Of a stretch of 64,000 nt of DNA, positions 18,501 through 27,529 are shown piece after piece. The translations under genes and the position numbers were made by a program. The stretch's first letter is position 1, and the number at the start of each line of letters is the position of its first letter. This DNA is from Vulcanimicrobiales bacterium (GTDB lineage Bacteria; Vulcanimicrobiota; Vulcanimicrobiia; Vulcanimicrobiales; Vulcanimicrobiaceae). The notes beneath the pieces are model-generated. The model was given only the letters and a program-made list of their open reading frames with translations. It was not told the DNA's origin and made no database searches. The stretch is from the NCBI GenBank assembly GCA_038231455.1, contig JBBRLI010000011.1:32001-96000 (forward strand), given 5' to 3'.

Positions 18501-18732
18501 ACGCGCCGCGTTCGTCGGTTGTTGTCTTCTGAACGATTGCGGCCGATGCCACAGTGACCGTTACTCCGCGTACGGGAGCCTTGGTGGTCGCATCGACGAC
18601 GGTGCCAGTGAGTGTGCCGTTCGTACCGCCAATTGCAAACGCCGGCGCAAATGAGCCGACGAGCAAGGCGAACGTGAGAGCAACCACGGCGACCGCTCGA
18701 ATCGACCCGAAAACGAGTCGTGAGTAAGCCAT
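15577..18732 (-). CDS. TonB-dependent receptor with N-terminal carboxypeptidase-regulatory-like domain
   Basis: 1051 aa; signal peptide; GTVVDATTKAPV..TTTDERGAYRF; SIRGS...YQFDG plug; EPRFAGAY; C-terminal FYYQLAL. AAGGAG SD. Confidence 0.9.
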   Translation of the reverse strand: MAYSRLVFGSIRAVAVVALTFALLVGSFAPAFAIGGTNGTLTGTVVDATTKAPVRGVTVTVASAAIVQKTTTDERGAYRFVGLPVDTYQVNFTIGAYEPITLNGVTVQGDGIVNQDVNLSKSLQTIGRVSSRSQSQAFQPKQPTDTYQVSGAQLQTALGKSFNISQTQLQSSVPGIQQTVYGSSSIRGSTRTELAYQFDGINYTDPATSQFQNSLGINGLQSLQVNPGAGDATQGNAGAGAINIVVKRGARPPFGQIDLEAVGYPFTHQLGLEYGFATPSGRLSNYTSFLAQNQDRIYGTIGTPAYISGSVFATEFVKTRDIVNNTVYRFGHDNSRSLQLLLQDRLSDFNVGRNGWQNYFYKTNDPTALPNLTPALPGVAAAARTGEVQSLIDLLPGQPNVLSNLAYQPHQYQPVDVAKLELDQLIDDKTYWANRLYHVVGTARFDTTYAGTGTGSRIAYQGGGRSGLSGDLIRTSGKHQIDFSYLYESQDTQYDYTSNTLGFRAASGLAGTPGYELADFIQPGQPCPTSDLSGNALSKVGNASGNGCGYLYNAANLAALGNPGGQLIIPNLRAYNGGHSQIWGIGIRDQFNVSSKLRLDYGIRLDGDNQQFVNGYSYITDDARHPRVIEPRFAGAYQISNADAIRASYGRSVQFVPGILINNPISTYQQFAGVPSRDSRTGTTAQTCGAPLFTSACSNYAQQLHDEYVQAFGLESFNVKPATYNNYDFSYSHQFKGGVGLKVTPFFKRGYDVNVFTTPVIGADVNTGLPLFGSARLSNSGIDKSTGVEFYLTKDVPYGVSGFVSATYVNRLQNVPPGYGGQTEDFYPSIPPVSLQLGQLYKAGYLSPLTGRVGLSYKNRAGLRINPIFSFDKGFPIGAGTLVAATVNGTARVVGNTNAATVGGGAVANSGTSLLVTQYVSPTNPGSILSPNIAATRGTSETSLAGGVLSRARGNLDLSFELSAPGSKNTFGAYISNIFNLVYSEPGLNSRWQPVATGVGGPQTGQTASTQTLGTVYGFYNYGQERYGRNAYILAPSGAPTAVRFYYQLAL

Positions 18733-18912
18733 CCGGAACTCCTTTAGAAGGAAAGGATCAATAGCAAACAGCGGCCTCGTCCTGAAGATCGACCACTCTG
18801 CACATTAAGACTTCCTAAATGCAAGACGCCTTCCTGCCAAATACGCTTTTCGCCCAACGGCAATCGTACGTCAATCTTCAGTAAAGCCGCGTCTTTTCCG
18901 AACAAATCGCGC

Positions 18913-19986
18913 CTAGAGAGACGCCCAAACGTCAAGCTTGTTCTTCACCTTGCCGATAACAGCATCGGTAAATTCACTGGTCGAGGACTGGCCGCCGAGG
19001 TCGCTTGTCGCGGTTCCCTCGCGGACCGTTTCGAGCACGCCCTCGTAAATCGCACGCGATGCGGTCGTGGCCCGGCGATCGTCGATATACGAGAGGACGG
19101 CCGCTGAGGCAAGGATCATCGCCATCGGGTTTGCGACGTTCTTCCCGAACAACCGTGGTGCCGTGCCGTGCGGAGCTTCGGCCATGACGACGTCCGGCTT
19201 GAACTCCGCATCGAAGGACATAAGCACGGATTCGGCGCCGGCGATGGAGCCGAAGAGTTGCATGACAAGATCCGAGAGGCAGTCTCCGTCGCGGTTGAGC
19301 GAGGGGATCACCATCGCATCGCCCGGATTGGAGATAAGGAGAGCATAGGTCGCGTCGATCAGCTGGGGGTCGTACTCAACATCCGGGTAGCGAGCGGCTG
19401 CGGCATCCATCTCTTCTTTTAAGAGGCCTTCATAAACCGGGCTCACGGTGTACTTCGGGCCACCGAAAACTTTGCTGTGCGTGCGGCGCGCGTGGAAAAA
19501 CGCGTACTCGGCGACCGCTCGGCAGACGGTCCGCTCGATTCTCTCGGTACGAAAGGCGATTTCATTATCACCCTCGCCTTCGCGCCACTCTTTTGCACCA
19601 TATGCGTCGCCGACGGCCATGCGCACGATCGCGATCGGCGCGTGGATTCCGGCGACCGGGCGGACACCCGGAATACGGCGACCGGTTCGCAAGATGACTT
19701 TCCCGTCGATCTCTTTGCGGATGATGGCGTTGGGCGAGCCGACGTCACCTTTGATTTCGGGCGTGATCGTCGCCGCCTTGAGTCCGAGCTTATGCAACTT
19801 CATCGCGGCGGCAGCTTCGTATGCGACGCCGTTCTTCGTCGCGCGCCGCTTCTCGAGCGAGAGATCGTAGTGTTCGAATGCAAGGTCCATGCCGATGACG
19901 CTCGGTTCCAGAACGCGCAGTGCTTCGACGAGCAATTCTTGACCGGTCTGATCGCCTTCAAGAACGACGATGGTGGGCTTGGACAC
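18913..19986 (-). CDS. Isocitrate/isopropylmalate dehydrogenase family protein
   Basis: IVVLEGDQTGQE, KAATITP, SPNA, NRDGDCLSD, AEAPHGTAP, ANPMA, TSDLGG. GTG 19986 with AGGAG SD. Confidence 0.92.
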   Translation of the reverse strand: MSKPTIVVLEGDQTGQELLVEALRVLEPSVIGMDLAFEHYDLSLEKRRATKNGVAYEAAAAMKLHKLGLKAATITPEIKGDVGSPNAIIRKEIDGKVILRTGRRIPGVRPVAGIHAPIAIVRMAVGDAYGAKEWREGEGDNEIAFRTERIERTVCRAVAEYAFFHARRTHSKVFGGPKYTVSPVYEGLLKEEMDAAAARYPDVEYDPQLIDATYALLISNPGDAMVIPSLNRDGDCLSDLVMQLFGSIAGAESVLMSFDAEFKPDVVMAEAPHGTAPRLFGKNVANPMAMILASAAVLSYIDDRRATTASRAIYEGVLETVREGTATSDLGGQSSTSEFTDAVIGKVKNKLDVWASL

Positions 19987-20098
19987 GCGACTCCTAACAT
20001 GCAGAGAGCAAACAATCTGGAATTCCGGCCCGCCTAAGGGAATCACTTCTGCCGCTTGGCGACAGGTGTTAATCCATGCGTCTGTAAGGTTTTAGGCC

Positions 20099-22435
20099 AT
20101 GGCACGCGTACGCCGTAAGGCGACTGCGACGATGCGTCTGAATTTCGAGATCGCCGGAATCGCGGCCCTCGGTATCGCGATTCTTCTTGGTGTTGCGCTC
20201 GTGCTTCCGCCTGCGCGCTCGGGACTTATCGGCGCGAATACTGCGGCCGGACTGCGTTTCTTGTTCGGTAGCGCCGCCGCATTATTTCCGGTCCTCATCG
20301 CAATCATCGGGGCGATCGTCTTCCTCGAAATCAACGTGCCCAAGCTGATGGCCACCTGGGGTCTTGCGGCGCTCGGATATTTCATCGTCGTCGACGCGTT
20401 CTTCGGTAGGCACGGTGGATTGCTCGGCTCGAGCGTTTCCGGCGGACTGCATACGCTGCTCGGCGATTTTGGGACGGCACTCTTGCTTGCTCTTCTCGCG
20501 CTCGGCATCACCGTGTGGATCACCAACGTCTCGGTCAAGAAAGTCATCGGCTGGTGCATCGCGCGAATCTCGGCCATGTGGCCGGCGCCGCGCGAGCGCG
20601 AAACAAAACCCGCTGCCGCACTTGCGCCCGGACCGAAAAACCTGCGCGAAGCGTTCAATCTTCCCGCCATACTGCCACGCGCACCGGCGCGCGCCGCAAG
20701 TGCGACCACCGCGGCTGCAGCTCCGCTCGCATCGATGACGACCGCGCATGACGAATCGGTCGATGAGATCGAAGATGACGAGGACCTCGAAGATGATGAA
20801 GAACTCGATGACGAGGCGTACGACGATTACGATGAAGAGGATGAGGACGGCGAGATCGACGAGCCGTTCGTCATCCCCGCACCCGTTGTCGCGGTAGCTC
20901 CGGTGCGCGTCGCGGCTACCGCTGCGACGGCTGCGGCCGTCGCGGTGGTCGGCGAATACGAATCCGCTTCGAGCACGCGCGCCGGAGGCGTCGTGTATCG
21001 CTTGCCCGATCTTTCGCTCTTCGATCCGCCACAAGCGCAAAAAGTCGATGAGACCTCGCGCGCGAGCACGCTCGAAGACACGCTCGCCTCGTTCGGCGTC
21101 GGCGCCAAAGTACAGCACATCGAACGCGGTCCCTCGATTACGCGCTACGAACTCAAACCCGATCGCGGCGTAAAAATCTCGCGTATCTCATCGCTTGCCG
21201 ACGATCTTGCACTTGCACTTGCGGCTACCTCGGTGCGCATCGAAGCGCCGATTCCCGGCAAGTCCGCCGTCGGCATCGAAGTCCCGAACGCGACCGTCTC
21301 GATCGTGGCAATCCGCGAGATCTTCGATGCATTTCCGTCGCGCGGCACGATCCCGCCACTCAACATGGCGCTCGGCAAAGACATAACGGGCCGCCCCGTT
21401 TACGGCGATCTGGGGAAGATGCCGCATTTGCTCGTCGCCGGAGCGACCGGCAGCGGCAAGAGCGTTTGCCTCAATTCGATCATCGCATCGATCCTCGTCT
21501 CGGCGACACCCGATCAAGTGCAAATGCTCATGATCGATCCCAAACGCGTCGAGCTCACGGTCTATAACGGAATTCCGCATCTGATCGAACCCGTCATTAC
21601 GGATGCGAAGATGGCAGCGGGCGCGCTCTTTCAGATGACCAAGGAAATGGACTCGCGATACGAGCGTTTCGCCAAAGCCGGCGTCCGCAAAATCGAAGAG
21701 TACAATGCGAAGTTCCCCGACGAGCAGCTGCCATACGTCGTGATCGTGATCGACGAGCTTGCCGATCTGATGCTGATCGCACCGGCGAAAGTCGAGACGA
21801 CGATCTGCCGTCTCGCGCAGCTCGCGCGCGCGACGGGTATCCATCTCATCGTTGCAACGCAGCGGCCGTCGGTCGACGTCATTACCGGCATCATTAAAGC
21901 GAACATTCCTTCGCGCATCGCCTTTGCCGTAAGCTCGCAAGTCGATTCGCGTACCATTCTCGACATGGGCGGCGCGGAACGCCTGCTCGGCCGCGGCGAC
22001 ATGCTCTTCTTACCCATCGATGCGCCCAAACCCAAGCGCGCACAAGGCGCACTCGTCACGAGCGCAGAGATTTCGCGTTTGGTCGATTTCTGGGCCGCTC
22101 AAGCACGTCCGGATAACCTCATCGAAGTCGAGATTACCCCGATCTCCGATGACGACGACAAAGGCTCGCGAAACGTCGATCCGCTTTGCTACGATGCAGC
22201 CAAGTTCATCATCGAGAGCAACTTTGCATCGACGGCGCAATTGCAGTCGCACTTCTCGGTCGGCCACCCGCGGGCAGTTCGGATCATGAAGCAGCTCGAA
22301 GACTTCAAAGTGGTCGGGCCGCACGAAGGCACGAAGCCGCGCACGATCAAGCTGCGTATCGACGAACTCGAAGTGATCGCGTCGCGCTTAGGCAAGGACG
22401 ACAGCCAACAAGACCTCTTCGCCGCCGGATCCTAG
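20099..22435 (+). CDS. ftsK: DNA translocase FtsK/SpoIIIE
   Basis: N-terminal TM region, acidic linker, RIEAPIPGK, PHLLVAGATGSGKS, IDELADLM, ATQRPS, GAERLLGRGDML, C-terminal gamma domain. Confidence 0.96.
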   Translation: MARVRRKATATMRLNFEIAGIAALGIAILLGVALVLPPARSGLIGANTAAGLRFLFGSAAALFPVLIAIIGAIVFLEINVPKLMATWGLAALGYFIVVDAFFGRHGGLLGSSVSGGLHTLLGDFGTALLLALLALGITVWITNVSVKKVIGWCIARISAMWPAPRERETKPAAALAPGPKNLREAFNLPAILPRAPARAASATTAAAAPLASMTTAHDESVDEIEDDEDLEDDEELDDEAYDDYDEEDEDGEIDEPFVIPAPVVAVAPVRVAATAATAAAVAVVGEYESASSTRAGGVVYRLPDLSLFDPPQAQKVDETSRASTLEDTLASFGVGAKVQHIERGPSITRYELKPDRGVKISRISSLADDLALALAATSVRIEAPIPGKSAVGIEVPNATVSIVAIREIFDAFPSRGTIPPLNMALGKDITGRPVYGDLGKMPHLLVAGATGSGKSVCLNSIIASILVSATPDQVQMLMIDPKRVELTVYNGIPHLIEPVITDAKMAAGALFQMTKEMDSRYERFAKAGVRKIEEYNAKFPDEQLPYVVIVIDELADLMLIAPAKVETTICRLAQLARATGIHLIVATQRPSVDVITGIIKANIPSRIAFAVSSQVDSRTILDMGGAERLLGRGDMLFLPIDAPKPKRAQGALVTSAEISRLVDFWAAQARPDNLIEVEITPISDDDDKGSRNVDPLCYDAAKFIIESNFASTAQLQSHFSVGHPRAVRIMKQLEDFKVVGPHEGTKPRTIKLRIDELEVIASRLGKDDSQQDLFAAGS

Positions 22436-22438
22436 CGC

Positions 22439-23047
22439 GTGCGGGCCTCACTAGTCGTCGCGGTCCTCGCACTGCTGGGCTTCTTCATCCTCGGCTCTTC
22501 GGTTTCAGGAACGGACCCGTCGGCATTCGATCTTGCGACCGCGAGTTGGGTCGGCGTCGCGACGCCGCTCGCGTGGATCTTCACTGCATCGTGTCTCTTA
22601 CCGACACTCAGCGTTATCGCCGTCCTTCTTATAAGTAGCGCCGTCACGTTTCCGGCTTGGCGCGGGCGCGTGATCTTCGCGCTCGTCGTAACACTTGCGA
22701 GCTGGCAGGCAAGCGATGTGTTCAAAGCACGCTTCGCACGACCGCGACCCGAGCACTGGGTGCGCATTCACGAAACGTCGTTCGCCTATTCGAGCGGACA
22801 CGCGATGTTTGCCGTACTCGTTTACGGACTCTGGGCGTATTTTCTTTGGAAGAGCGATTTACCGCGCCCGATTCGCATCGTAGGATCGATCGTTCTGGTC
22901 GTGTGGGGATGCGGGGTGCTGTGGTCGCGCTTAGCCCTTGGCGCACACTATCCAACCGACTTGATCGGCGGCATATTGCTCGCGACGGCGGCGCTTGGCA
23001 TCGGAAACGCCGTGGCAATCGCAATCGCGTCGCGGCGCACCGCCTAG
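22439..23047 (+). CDS. PAP2 family membrane phosphatase
   Basis: KxxxxRPRP, (Y)SSGH and SRLALGAHYPTD motifs. Confidence 0.9.
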   Translation: MRASLVVAVLALLGFFILGSSVSGTDPSAFDLATASWVGVATPLAWIFTASCLLPTLSVIAVLLISSAVTFPAWRGRVIFALVVTLASWQASDVFKARFARPRPEHWVRIHETSFAYSSGHAMFAVLVYGLWAYFLWKSDLPRPIRIVGSIVLVVWGCGVLWSRLALGAHYPTDLIGGILLATAALGIGNAVAIAIASRRTA

Positions 23048-24450
23048 CTCGGCGTTTGTGTAACGAGCGTCGGCCGCTTCGTGTGGAAGTCGGTCGCCGC
23101 TTGGTACCGTTTGGCGATCGCCGTTAGGCGTGCTTCGCCAAACGCAACGCCGAGCAGCGCCATCCCCGTGGGCAAGCCGTTCTCTCCAAATCCGTTTGGC
23201 ATCCCGATTGCCGGAAGCCCGCAGGCGTTGCCAGCGCCGATCAGACTCGGCCCACCTTCGACATTCGGATACGCGTTGTTAAAGGGGATCCCGACCGGCG
23301 GGGTTACCGTCGAGAGCGTCGGTGTGGCGACGCCGTCGAATTTGCCGAAGGCGTCGTTCACTTTTTTGATCATCATCGGGCGCCGGCGCTGCGCGTCGAT
23401 ATAGTCGACGGCAAGTGTCGCGTACGACGCATACCCGCCGAGATGGTCGCCCGTGTTTTGCAACATACGCGACTTTCCGCTTTCGATCAGATCGCGAAAT
23501 GCTGCCGCCCCCTCAGCACTTACGATCGTACCGACCGTCGCGCCGTACGGCGCATCGGGCAGCTCGACGTCCATCGTGATGTCGCAAAATTGCGCGAGCA
23601 CTTTGAGCGATGCTTCGAAGTTGGCTTTCACTTCGGGCATTACGCCATGCGTCGCGTTCTTGAGCACGGCGACACGCGGTTTGCGCGACGGCGCGCGCAG
23701 CGGTCGATCGACGGCGGTCGGATCGGCGGGATCGGCACCCGCAATCACACGCAGAATCGTCTCCGTATCGCGCGCGCTGCGCGCCATCGGGCCGATTTTA
23801 TCGAGCGACCAACAGAGGGCCATCGCGCCGTGGCGACTCACGCGGCCGTAGGTGGGGCGCAGCCCCGTGATGCCGCACGCCGTTGCCGGATTGAGAATTG
23901 ATCCCGAGGTTTCCGTGCCGATGCCAAAACCGACCAGGCCCGCGGCAACCGAAGCGCCGGTGCCACTCGAAGAACCGCCACTCCAGAATTTCGCATTCCA
24001 TGGCGTGCGTCCGGGACCGGTGAATGATGCATCCGCATCGCTGTAGCCAAACCCGCCGGCAAGCTCCACCATCGCGAGTTTGGCAAGCAGAACGCCGCCG
24101 GCATCGGTAATCTTTTTCACGACCGTCGCATCGAAATCGAAATGCTGATCGCGATACGGCGCCGAGCCCCAGGTCGTCGGCGCATCGGGCGTCGCGAGCA
24201 AATCTTTTACGCCGTACGGCACGCCGTGCAGCGGCGAGCGAATCTTGCCGGCTTTGCGTTCCCGATCGGCGCGTTTTGCTTCTTTCATCGCGCGCTCGCG
24301 CAAGATCGTCACGACGGCGCCGTAGACGTGACCGTATGTCTCCAGGCGTTCGAGATACAGTTTTGTCAGGTCCACCGACGATACGCTTCCCGCGGTCATC
24401 AGTTTCTGTAAGGTGGTCGCGTCGCTAAAGGCGAGATCGTCGTTCGTCAT
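23044..24450 (-). CDS. Amidase-signature family enzyme (GatA/AtzE-like)
   Basis: PLHGVPYGVKD (Lys), SGGSSSG, GTETSGSI (Ser nucleophile), GLRPTYGRVS; no signal peptide. Confidence 0.92.
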   Translation of the reverse strand: MTNDDLAFSDATTLQKLMTAGSVSSVDLTKLYLERLETYGHVYGAVVTILRERAMKEAKRADRERKAGKIRSPLHGVPYGVKDLLATPDAPTTWGSAPYRDQHFDFDATVVKKITDAGGVLLAKLAMVELAGGFGYSDADASFTGPGRTPWNAKFWSGGSSSGTGASVAAGLVGFGIGTETSGSILNPATACGITGLRPTYGRVSRHGAMALCWSLDKIGPMARSARDTETILRVIAGADPADPTAVDRPLRAPSRKPRVAVLKNATHGVMPEVKANFEASLKVLAQFCDITMDVELPDAPYGATVGTIVSAEGAAAFRDLIESGKSRMLQNTGDHLGGYASYATLAVDYIDAQRRRPMMIKKVNDAFGKFDGVATPTLSTVTPPVGIPFNNAYPNVEGGPSLIGAGNACGLPAIGMPNGFGENGLPTGMALLGVAFGEARLTAIAKRYQAATDFHTKRPTLVTQTPS

Positions 24451-24451
24451 C

Positions 24452-24796
24452 CTATTTCACGTCCGTGAAGGGAACGGTAAAACGCGTGATCGGCTCGTCG
24501 GCATTCTTGAGCAGCGTGCCTTTCGGATTGAGAAGGTTCCCAGCGCCACGCTTGCGGTCGATGCTTCGCGCGATCGTCTCGAGGTCGTCATCCGTGAGTG
24601 CGGCATCGAATCCACGAAACGTCAGCGCAACGGCTATGGCTTCCGCGGAGGGTTTCGGGGACGCCGACGAACTTGGGTGCGGAGAAGCAACGGCCGCGCT
24701 AGCTGGCACCGATTGCGCATCCGCAGATTTTCCGAGAACTGCCACACCCACTCCGCTCGCGGCCACCGCGGTCAAAAACGAACGCCGATTTTTCAT
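24452..24796 (-). CDS. Small Tat-signal protein, possible GatC/AtzG-like amidase partner
   Basis: MKNRRSFLTA twin-arginine motif, ADA-Q cleavage site, LTDDDLETIARSI helix and LKNADEPITRF tail; its stop is 1 nt before the amidase ATG. Confidence 0.75.
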   Translation of the reverse strand: MKNRRSFLTAVAASGVGVAVLGKSADAQSVPASAAVASPHPSSSASPKPSAEAIAVALTFRGFDAALTDDDLETIARSIDRKRGAGNLLNPKGTLLKNADEPITRFTVPFTDVK

Positions 24797-24853
24797 CCGA
24801 GCCGAATGCGGGAGAGGTTCTCGACGCTCCTTCGTGCTGACGCTGTCGCGAAG

Positions 24854-25384
24854 CTAGCGTTTCGCGCTCGCGAAATAAGCAGCTACGTCGAGCATAAAGT
24901 CGGGGAGCGCGACATGAACGAGCACGTCGCCGATGGACCACGTAACCACCCCATCGAGAGACTCCGCGCGAATCGTTTCAGTCTTGGGATCAACGACGAT
25001 GACGGCTTCCGCGCCAGCACGAAGATACGTTTCGACTTTATGCCGGACGTCGCGCGGGCGGTCGTCACGCGAGAGAATGTCGACCGCGATATTTGGCGTC
25101 GCAAGCGGTATCTGCGCCGCGTCCTCCTCGGCGGCGCCTAAACGGTCGTACGAAAGATACGCCACGTCCGGGACCAGCGGGCGGATACTCTCACCGGGAG
25201 GCGCAATTCGGAATCGCCACTCGATGCCCACGCGGCCGCGGTCCTCGGCCCAATCATTCAGCGCCACCCAAAATTGCGACTGGAGACGCGAATGGCGGTA
25301 CGTCGGGCTCACTTTTTGCAGTGCCCGTCCGTTGACCCATTCGGTCTCCGGCTTGGTCTCGGGGAGCACGATTTCGGTCTGCAT
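24854..25384 (-). CDS. Uma2 family (PD-(D/E)xK-like) endonuclease
   Basis: EWVNG...SP...H, VPDVAY, PNIAVDILS, KVETYL..G, VVDP. Confidence 0.88.
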   Translation of the reverse strand: MQTEIVLPETKPETEWVNGRALQKVSPTYRHSRLQSQFWVALNDWAEDRGRVGIEWRFRIAPPGESIRPLVPDVAYLSYDRLGAAEEDAAQIPLATPNIAVDILSRDDRPRDVRHKVETYLRAGAEAVIVVDPKTETIRAESLDGVVTWSIGDVLVHVALPDFMLDVAAYFASAKR

Positions 25385-25444
25385 GGAAAGTACCTCACCT
25401 GAAGCGTATCACGCGTTCAGGTGAGGTGGCTAGAGCGAGGTCGG

Positions 25445-27166
25445 CTAGACTTCCATTACGACAGGGATGACCATCGGCCGGCGGCGCGATTTCTCGAACA
25501 CGGCCTTGGAGAGTCCGCTGCGGATGTGTTCTTTGACGGTGCCGACATCGCGGATGCCCTCAACCGAACACTGCGCGAGAATCGAGGTTAGCTTTGCCTT
25601 GAATTCTTCTTGCAGTTCGCTTGAATCCGGTAAGTAGAAAACGCCACGCGAGATGAGGTCGGGACCGGCAACGACGCGTGCTTCTTCCGCATCGACCGTT
25701 ACGACGACCATCATGATGCCGTCTGCCGAGAGATGCTTACGATCGCGCAGAACGGCTTCGCCGACATCGCCGACGCCCGATCCATCGACCATCACATTGC
25801 CGCCATAGGTGCGCCCGACTTTGTCGGCCGTCGTCTCGGTGAACTGGATGATGTCGCCGTTTTCGATGACGAACACATTGTCGCCAGGAACGCCTGTCGT
25901 CGTTGCGAGCTTCCCGTGCGTGACGAGCATCCGATACTCGCCGTGAACGGGGATAAAGTATTCGGGCCGCACGAGGTTGAGCATGAGCAAGAGTTCTTCT
26001 TGCGATGCGTGGCCCGAAACGTGCGCGCTGCCGGCGGTTCCGGTGATGACCGTTGCGCCGAGGCGGTAGAGATTATTGATCGTCTTCGAGACGCTCTTTT
26101 CATTGCCGGGAATCGGCGTCGCCGAGATGACGACCGTATCGCCCGCATTAATGCGCAGCTTCTTATGATCGCGCACGGAGAGCCGCGTGAGCGCCGACAT
26201 CGGCTCGCCTTGCGAGCCGGTCGTCATCACGACGACTTGTTCGGGCGGATAATCATCGACATCCTCGAGCTTGATCACCAGGCCCGCGGGGATATCGAGA
26301 TAGCCGAGTTCCGTTGAGAAGTGCAGCACGTTCGAGAGCGAGCGCCCGAGGAAGGCGACTTTGCGGCCGAAGCGCTGCGCCTGATCCACGACTTGTTGGA
26401 TGCGCGGCACGTTCGAGGCAAACGACGTAACGATGATGCGGCCTTTGGCGCGCGCGAAGATATTCGCAAACGCATCGCCCACGGTGCGCTCCGAGAGCGT
26501 GTGGCCGGGACGTTCGGCGTTCGTCGAATCCGCGAGCATGCAGAGCACGCCTTCTTCACCGACGCGCGCGATCGCCGCGAAATCGGCGGGTTTACCGTCG
26601 ATCGGCGTTTGATCGAATTTGAAATCGCCCGTATGGAAGACGACGCCCGATGGCGTGCGGATCGCAAGCGCGCACGCGCCCGCAAGCGAGTGATTGATGT
26701 GAATGAATTCGGTCTCGATCGCGCCGTACTTCACGCGGTCGCCCGGGTTGACCGTGACGAGATTCAACTCGCTCGGTTTGTGTTCGCGCATCTTTGCGCG
26801 AATGAGCGCAAGCGAGAGCGGCGTGCCGACGATCGGGACTTGAAACTCGCGTAGGAGGTACGGAATCCCGCCGATATGGTCTTCGTGGCCGTGCGTGACG
26901 AGCAGCGCGCGAAACTTGTCTTTACGTTCGCGCAGATACGAGAAGTCGTTAATAACGATGTCGACGCCGAACATCTCGTCATCGGGGAACATGAGGCCGC
27001 AGTCGACCACGACGATGTCGTCGTTCGTTTCGATGACCGTCATGTTGCGGCCGATTTCGCCACAGCCGCCGAGGGGGATGATTCGGAGGTACGGTTCTGC
27101 CGGGGGTTTGGGCACCACTAAGGTGTCCGCGTACGGTTGGCCGTTCTGGCCGCTACTGGATTGCAA
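25445..27166 (-). CDS. rnj: Ribonuclease J
   Basis: PLGGCGEIGRNM, THGHEDHIGG, HTGDFK, DSTNA, TGSQGEP, HVSGH, PVHGE motifs. Confidence 0.97.
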   Translation of the reverse strand: MQSSSGQNGQPYADTLVVPKPPAEPYLRIIPLGGCGEIGRNMTVIETNDDIVVVDCGLMFPDDEMFGVDIVINDFSYLRERKDKFRALLVTHGHEDHIGGIPYLLREFQVPIVGTPLSLALIRAKMREHKPSELNLVTVNPGDRVKYGAIETEFIHINHSLAGACALAIRTPSGVVFHTGDFKFDQTPIDGKPADFAAIARVGEEGVLCMLADSTNAERPGHTLSERTVGDAFANIFARAKGRIIVTSFASNVPRIQQVVDQAQRFGRKVAFLGRSLSNVLHFSTELGYLDIPAGLVIKLEDVDDYPPEQVVVMTTGSQGEPMSALTRLSVRDHKKLRINAGDTVVISATPIPGNEKSVSKTINNLYRLGATVITGTAGSAHVSGHASQEELLLMLNLVRPEYFIPVHGEYRMLVTHGKLATTTGVPGDNVFVIENGDIIQFTETTADKVGRTYGGNVMVDGSGVGDVGEAVLRDRKHLSADGIMMVVVTVDAEEARVVAGPDLISRGVFYLPDSSELQEEFKAKLTSILAQCSVEGIRDVGTVKEHIRSGLSKAVFEKSRRRPMVIPVVMEV

Positions 27167-27303
27167 TGCTCGTCCCGTCTAGTCGTTCGCCTCGGCCGGC
27201 GTGATCGTTCAGCATGCTGACGATTGCCGCTCGTGCGACCCTGTGGTTGCTATTTTTGACGTTCTTCACGCCTGGAGCTGTCATTGCAGCTCAAAAATCT
27301 TTT

Positions 27304-27522
27304 GTGGCCTCGGACCGCCGGATCGATAATCTCTACTCGGCACGGGCCAAACGCCGCCTTGCGACCTACCTGCGGTTGAAGTTCCTGGAGATGCGCAAAG
27401 TCGACCTCGACCGTGCGGCGCTGGTCGTCCAGCACCGGCTCGGAATCGAAAGCCTCTTCGTACCCGCGAACCCGGTCCCCCCGCGGAAGGATGCAAGGCC
27501 GGCCAAGCTGCCCGGCCAATGA
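27304..27522 (+). CDS. Small basic hypothetical protein (~72 aa)
   Basis: From GTG 27304 the frame has GC3-rich coding-like codons (…LATYLRLKFLEMRKVDLDRAALVVQHRLGIESLF…) and ends just before the Yip1 gene. Start uncertain. Confidence 0.5.
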   Translation: MASDRRIDNLYSARAKRRLATYLRLKFLEMRKVDLDRAALVVQHRLGIESLFVPANPVPPRKDARPAKLPGQ

Positions 27523-27529
27523 GGGGGCC

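Noticed and set aside
23044-24796. gatCA of the tRNA amidotransferase
   Set aside because: No gatB in the window, and the small subunit has a Tat signal, which does not fit a cytoplasmic GatCAB.
24854-25384. Uma2 nuclease as part of a defence system
   Set aside because: Solitary gene with no methylase, ATPase or other defence genes nearby; Uma2 genes are commonly scattered.
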